DNA from: Candidatus Saccharimonadota bacterium
Lineage (GTDB): Bacteria; Pseudomonadota; Gammaproteobacteria; Enterobacterales; Enterobacteriaceae
Direction of reading: 5' to 3'
Assembly: GCF_012571345.1 (NCBI RefSeq)
Contig: NZ_CP046218.1
Span: forward strand, 76,305 to 88,374
DNA: 12,070 nt
Below, piece after piece: positions 8,271-12,070 of this stretch. The position numbers were made by a program, and so were the translations under genes. The notes beneath the pieces are model-generated. The model was not told where the DNA came from and ran no database searches. It was given only the letters and a program-made list of their open reading frames with translations. Every line of letters starts with the position of its first letter. The first letter of the stretch is position 1.

Positions 8271-8304
8271 ATTTGTTGAGTGAAATAATAATATAAATTA
8301 TTCA

Positions 8305-10044
8305 TTATAATTTATTGTTTTTTATGTTACGAATGCCAATTTTGGTAATTTTATTTTGTTTTTTTTCAGCTATAGTCCATAAAATATTTTGCCATTCTAT
8401 TTTATCTCCCACAATAGGAATTTTATTCATTAAACAAGTTAAAAATTCACTAATAGATTGTTTTTGATTAATTATCTGATCCAAATGTAAACCATAAATA
8501 TTTGCTATATCTTTAATATTAGAAGAAGCATCAATAATAAAATCACCAAAAAATTTTTGATTATTTAATACTGTAATAGATTTACTAAATAATTTTCCTA
8601 AGTCTTGTAAATTATGTTCATGGCCTATAATACAAATAATATCATTACTCTTTAATATAGTATGTCCTGTTGGTCTTATAATTTCATTATATCGAAATAA
8701 TATAGTTATAAATGTGTTATGCGGCATATAAAGATCTCTAATGGCTTTCCCCACACACCATTGATCTGATGTAATTATATAAATATATTGTTCAAGCTGT
8801 GTTTTATTATGCATTTGGATATCAAAGCCCAATCTATGTATAGGTGTTGTAATTATTGGTACTGTTATTTTTGCTATTATTACAAATAAATTTAAAGTAC
8901 ATCCTTGAATAATTAAAGAGATAAGTACAATAAAAAATGAGATATTAAAAAATAACAACGCATGAGATATTCCAGACATAATTGGAAAAACAGCTAATAT
9001 TATTGGTACAGCACCACGTAATCCCATCCAACTAATACTACATTTTTCTACAAAATTAAATCTATGGAAAATCATTAAACTAATAAATACAGATAGTGGT
9101 CGTACAAAAAAAATCATGCATAAAGATAATATTAATGATGGTATAGCAATACATATTAAATCTTGAGGATTTACTAATAATCCTAAAATTATAAACATAA
9201 TTATCTGACTTAACCATGCTAAACCATCAAAAGTTTGTATAATTCTATTACGACCACAAATGTTGCTATTACCTATTATAAAGCCATACAAATAAACAGA
9301 TAAGATACTACTACCATCCAGCAACAAAGTTAATGAAAAAACAAATATACCTATACTTAATACTAATAATGGATATAATCCATGTGCTAATATTATACGA
9401 TTAATTATTTTTTTTAATATCCAGGCAGCAATATATCCTAATATGATACCTAAAATGAATTGTTGTAAAAAATGTTTGATAAATAATATAATATTTAAAT
9501 TATATTGTTTATTTTTAATCATTTGTATAAATGTTGTAGTAAGAAATACAGCCATTGGATCATTACTACAAGATTCCATTTCTACTGTAGAAGTAACTCG
9601 TTCATTTAATCCTACACTAGATGATAGAGAAAAAATAGCAGCAGCATCTGTAGATGCGATTATTGCACCTACTAACAAACCTTCTATGAATTTTAAATGA
9701 AATAATATTACAACTATCATTCCTGTATATAACATCGTAAGAATTATTCCAATAGTAGCTAATGATAAAGCTGGATATAAAGCTATTTTAAATATAGAAC
9801 GTTTTGTTCTCATGCCGCCATCTAATATAATAATAGCTAAAGAAAGATTACTAATGATATTCGCAAGAGGATAATTATTAAATTGTATTCTTCCGATACC
9901 ATAAGTACCTGATAATATTCCTAAACATAAAAACATGAATAATACAGGAATACCTATTTTAGAAGAAAGTGAACTTAATACAATACTGATAAAAATTAAT
10001 ATACATCCTATAATAAATAAAATAAAAATTGATTTTAAATCCAA
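8305..10044 (-). CDS. nhaP2: K+/H+ antiporter NhaP2 (CvrA/YcgO), CPA1 family with a C-terminal RCK_C/TrkA_C domain
   Basis: The 579-aa ORF is collinear end to end with E. coli NhaP2: NYPLANIISNLSLAIIILDGGMRT, STDAAAIFSL, GLNERV, ESCSNDPMAV, FDGLAWLSQI, ISWMGLRGAVPIILAV, DQWCVGKAIRDL, FFGDFII. The start is TTG (10042-10044), preceded on the coding strand by GGGAGA (10053-10058). Confidence 0.92.
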   Translation of the reverse strand: MDLKSIFILFIIGCILIFISIVLSSLSSKIGIPVLFMFLCLGILSGTYGIGRIQFNNYPLANIISNLSLAIIILDGGMRTKRSIFKIALYPALSLATIGIILTMLYTGMIVVILFHLKFIEGLLVGAIIASTDAAAIFSLSSSVGLNERVTSTVEMESCSNDPMAVFLTTTFIQMIKNKQYNLNIILFIKHFLQQFILGIILGYIAAWILKKIINRIILAHGLYPLLVLSIGIFVFSLTLLLDGSSILSVYLYGFIIGNSNICGRNRIIQTFDGLAWLSQIIMFIILGLLVNPQDLICIAIPSLILSLCMIFFVRPLSVFISLMIFHRFNFVEKCSISWMGLRGAVPIILAVFPIMSGISHALLFFNISFFIVLISLIIQGCTLNLFVIIAKITVPIITTPIHRLGFDIQMHNKTQLEQYIYIITSDQWCVGKAIRDLYMPHNTFITILFRYNEIIRPTGHTILKSNDIICIIGHEHNLQDLGKLFSKSITVLNNQKFFGDFIIDASSNIKDIANIYGLHLDQIINQKQSISEFLTCLMNKIPIVGDKIEWQNILWTIAEKKQNKITKIGIRNIKNNKL

Positions 10045-10192
10045 TTGTTAATTCTCCCATTACTACATTTTATAATTTAATTGGATTAAATAATAAATAG
10101 TATTTTACGAAGCTATTTTATAAGAAATACAAGAAAAAAGATATGCATTACATAAAATATGTTCATTTAAATATTTATTAGTGTTTTATGTA

Positions 10193-10226
10193 ATTAAACT
10201 GATATAAATGTATATATCAGTTTAAT
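10193..10226. repeat. Perfect 14-bp inverted repeat (stem-loop) about 50 nt downstream of the gapA stop. It is a candidate gapA 3' terminator or stabiliser.
   Basis: ATTAAACTGATATA (10193-10206), loop AATGTA, TATATCAGTTTAAT (10213-10226), checked base by base with no mismatch. No U-tract follows on either strand. It lies in the longest non-coding stretch of the window (10045-10274). Confidence 0.5.
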
Positions 10227-10274
10227 AAATGTTAATAACATGTTCAAATATATTTATTTAAACACTTATTTGAA

Positions 10275-11273
10275 CTATATAATATATGTAATTAAATCAA
10301 TAACTTTATGAGAATAACCTGTTTCATTATCATACCAAGCAATTAATTTAAAAAAATTATTATCAATAGTTATACTAGCTTTTTTATCAAAGATAGTTGT
10401 GAGAATAGAACCATTAAAATCACTTGAAACTACATCATCTTCTGTATAACCAACAATGTTTTTCATACTATTTTGTGCATAATATTTAATTTTTTCATAA
10501 ATATTATTTAAGGTAGTTTTTTTAATTGTTTGTATTGTTAAATCTACTACAGAAACATTAGCCACAGGAACTCTTAAAGATATACCAGTTAATTTACCAT
10601 TTAATTCAGGTATAATTAAACCAACTGCTTTAGCAGCACCCGTACTTGAAGGAATAATATTTTGTAAGGCGCCTCTACCACCACGCCAATCTTTTTTTGA
10701 AGCACTATCAACAGTTTTTTGTGTGGATGTCACTGCATGAACAGTTGTCATTAATCCTTTTGCAATAATAAAATTATCATGAATAATTTTTGCGAGAGGA
10801 GCTAAACAGTTTGTTGTGCATGAGGCATTAGAAACTATTTTTTCGCCATTATATTTATGAAAATTTACTCCTTTCACAAACATTGGTATACTAGTATCTT
10901 TTGGTGGTGCTGTAATTACTACTTTTTTAGCTCCAGCATAAATATGTTGTGAAGCTAATTTTTCAGTTAAAAATATTCCACTAGATTCTACTACTACATC
11001 AATATTTAATTTATTCCATGGCAAATTATTAGGATTGGATTCAGCAAAAATATGTATTTTATGATCATTAACTATTAAATATTTATTTTTTATAATATTA
11101 ATTGTACCGTTAAAAGTACCGTGTGTCGAATCATACTTCAACATATATGCAATATAATTGATATCTAATAAATCATTAATGGCAATAATTCTAATATTGG
11201 AATATTGTTGTGTTGCTCTAAATAACACACGTCCAATCCTACCAAAACCATTAATAGCTATTCTAATATACAT
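10275..11273 (-). CDS. gapA: Glyceraldehyde-3-phosphate dehydrogenase A
   Basis: The 332-aa ORF has [26 protein letters not shown], the active-site context [38 protein letters not shown] and WYDNETGYS. Similarity to E. coli GapA is very high. AGGGG lies 6 nt upstream of the ATG on the coding strand. Confidence 0.96.
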   Translation of the reverse strand: MYIRIAINGFGRIGRVLFRATQQYSNIRIIAINDLLDINYIAYMLKYDSTHGTFNGTINIIKNKYLIVNDHKIHIFAESNPNNLPWNKLNIDVVVESSGIFLTEKLASQHIYAGAKKVVITAPPKDTSIPMFVKGVNFHKYNGEKIVSNASCTTNCLAPLAKIIHDNFIIAKGLMTTVHAVTSTQKTVDSASKKDWRGGRGALQNIIPSSTGAAKAVGLIIPELNGKLTGISLRVPVANVSVVDLTIQTIKKTTLNNIYEKIKYYAQNSMKNIVGYTEDDVVSSDFNGSILTTIFDKKASITIDNNFFKLIAWYDNETGYSHKVIDLITYII

Positions 11274-11314
11274 GTTATACCCCTAACAAATTATTTTGTA
11301 TTTTAAATATCATA

Positions 11315-12070
11315 TTAATATATCTGTATTGTACATACAGCATATATATTTTTCATATTCATGTAATTATTATTGAATAATAATTTCTGTGATATAATTT
11401 GTTTTTCTAAATTACTTTGTATAAAAAAAGATAAAATATTTTGCAAGAAAAAACGTGAATTTAATTGCATCATAAAACTAAATATATCTATAGATGAATT
11501 ATTCTCAAATTCTAACTGTAGATTAATTTTTTGTAAGTGTGTTAATTGAGCTATTTTACGCACAGCATCATCAAAATTACCTAAACTATCTACTAAACCA
11601 TATTGTTTTGCTTCTACACCTAAAAACACCATTCCGTTAGCTAATTTTTGTACACTATTTAATGATTTATGTCTATAATAAGATATTATATTAATAAATT
11701 GTTTATAACCATCTTCTAAATTTAAATGTATAATCTTCTTTTGTATATCTGATAATGGTTGTGTTAACACACTATTTGATCTTTCAGAAATACTAACACC
11801 ATCATTATATATGCCAATAGTGTTTAAAGTTTTATGAAAATTATTTACGATACTAAAAATACCAATAGAACCGGTAAAGGTCATAGGATCACTTATAATA
11901 TAGTCAGCAATAGTAGAAATTAAATATGCTCCTGAAGCAGCCATGGAGTCCATTATAACTACAATCGGTTTATGTCTTTTTTTTAAAGTTTTTAATTCCT
12001 CAAAAATTAATTGAGATGCCATTAAACTGCCACCTGGACTATTAATTTTTAATATGACTCCTTTCAAATG
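11315..12070 (-). CDS. sppA: Signal peptide peptidase SppA (protease IV, S49 family), C-terminal part only; the 5' end lies beyond the window
   Basis: It matches the C-terminal domain of E. coli SppA rather than SohB: LKINSPGGS, the nucleophile-Ser context MAASGAYLIS, TGSIGIF, GLVDSLGNFDDAV (E. coli GLVDSLGDFDDAV), and the tail NIYAVCT (E. coli NRYAFCLTC). The track's first codon is an internal TTG, and the frame stays open to the window edge. Confidence 0.85.
   Translation of the reverse strand, partial: HLKGVILKINSPGGSLMASQLIFEELKTLKKRHKPIVVIMDSMAASGAYLISTIADYIISDPMTFTGSIGIFSIVNNFHKTLNTIGIYNDGVSISERSNSVLTQPLSDIQKKIIHLNLEDGYKQFINIISYYRHKSLNSVQKLANGMVFLGVEAKQYGLVDSLGNFDDAVRKIAQLTHLQKINLQLEFENNSSIDIFSFMMQLNSRFFLQNILSFFIQSNLEKQIISQKLLFNNNYMNMKNIYAVCTIQIY

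Noticed and set aside
8281-8304. Possible bidirectional terminator hairpin between hinT and nhaP2
   Set aside because: It has only 4+4 bp with a bulge and just one G-C pair, so predicted stability is negligible.
9443-9700. 85-aa + strand ORF antisense to nhaP2
   Set aside because: It is nested antisense to conserved transporter helices, so it is spurious.
10242-10275. 9-bp inverted repeat GTTCAAATA/TATTTGAAC abutting the gapA stop, as a terminator
   Set aside because: It has a 16-nt loop, mostly A-T pairs and no U-tract, so it is too weak to call on its own. It is mentioned only in the context of the intergenic finding.
1-12070. A possible novel defence, mobile or otherwise undescribed multi-gene system somewhere in the window
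   Set aside because: Every ORF of meaningful length is a confident housekeeping orthologue in largely conserved order. No unassigned ORFs, repeat arrays, integrase or transposase genes, or compositional islands are visible. Claiming a novel system would be unsupported.

Overview
This window reads as ordinary core chromosome from a strongly genome-reduced, extremely AT-rich gammaproteobacterial insect endosymbiont. GC is roughly one fifth by eye, not computed. The proteins look Enterobacterales-like and Wigglesworthia-like, but no taxon can be confirmed without a database search. Standard code 11 is used: TGA acts as a stop for mltG and holB, and Trp is encoded by TGG. The plus strand (84-8270) carries a compacted version of the E. 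coli rpmF-fab-tmk-holB-ptsG neighbourhood: rpmF, fabD (frame-disrupted), fabG, acpP, fabF, mltG, tmk, holB, ptsG, hinT. The minus strand (8305-12070) carries nhaP2/cvrA, gapA and the 3' part of sppA, which runs off the window. Coding density is very high. I found no tRNA, rRNA, CRISPR array, transposase, integrase, phage gene, toxin-antitoxin or defence-system signature. I see no support for a novel multi-gene system here. The most interesting feature is fabD, which is split into two ORFs exactly at a 10-A homopolymer (766-775) while all its catalytic motifs remain intact. That is the signature of either an assembly error or a gene rescued by transcriptional slippage at poly(A). Secondary observations are two more in-frame A10 tracts in fabF, clean loss of plsX-fabH, pabC and ycfH from conserved positions, two strong stem-loops lacking U-tracts, and a synteny breakpoint at the hinT/nhaP2 convergent junction. 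All protein assignments rest on alignment from memory to E. coli K-12 orthologues. No searches were run.
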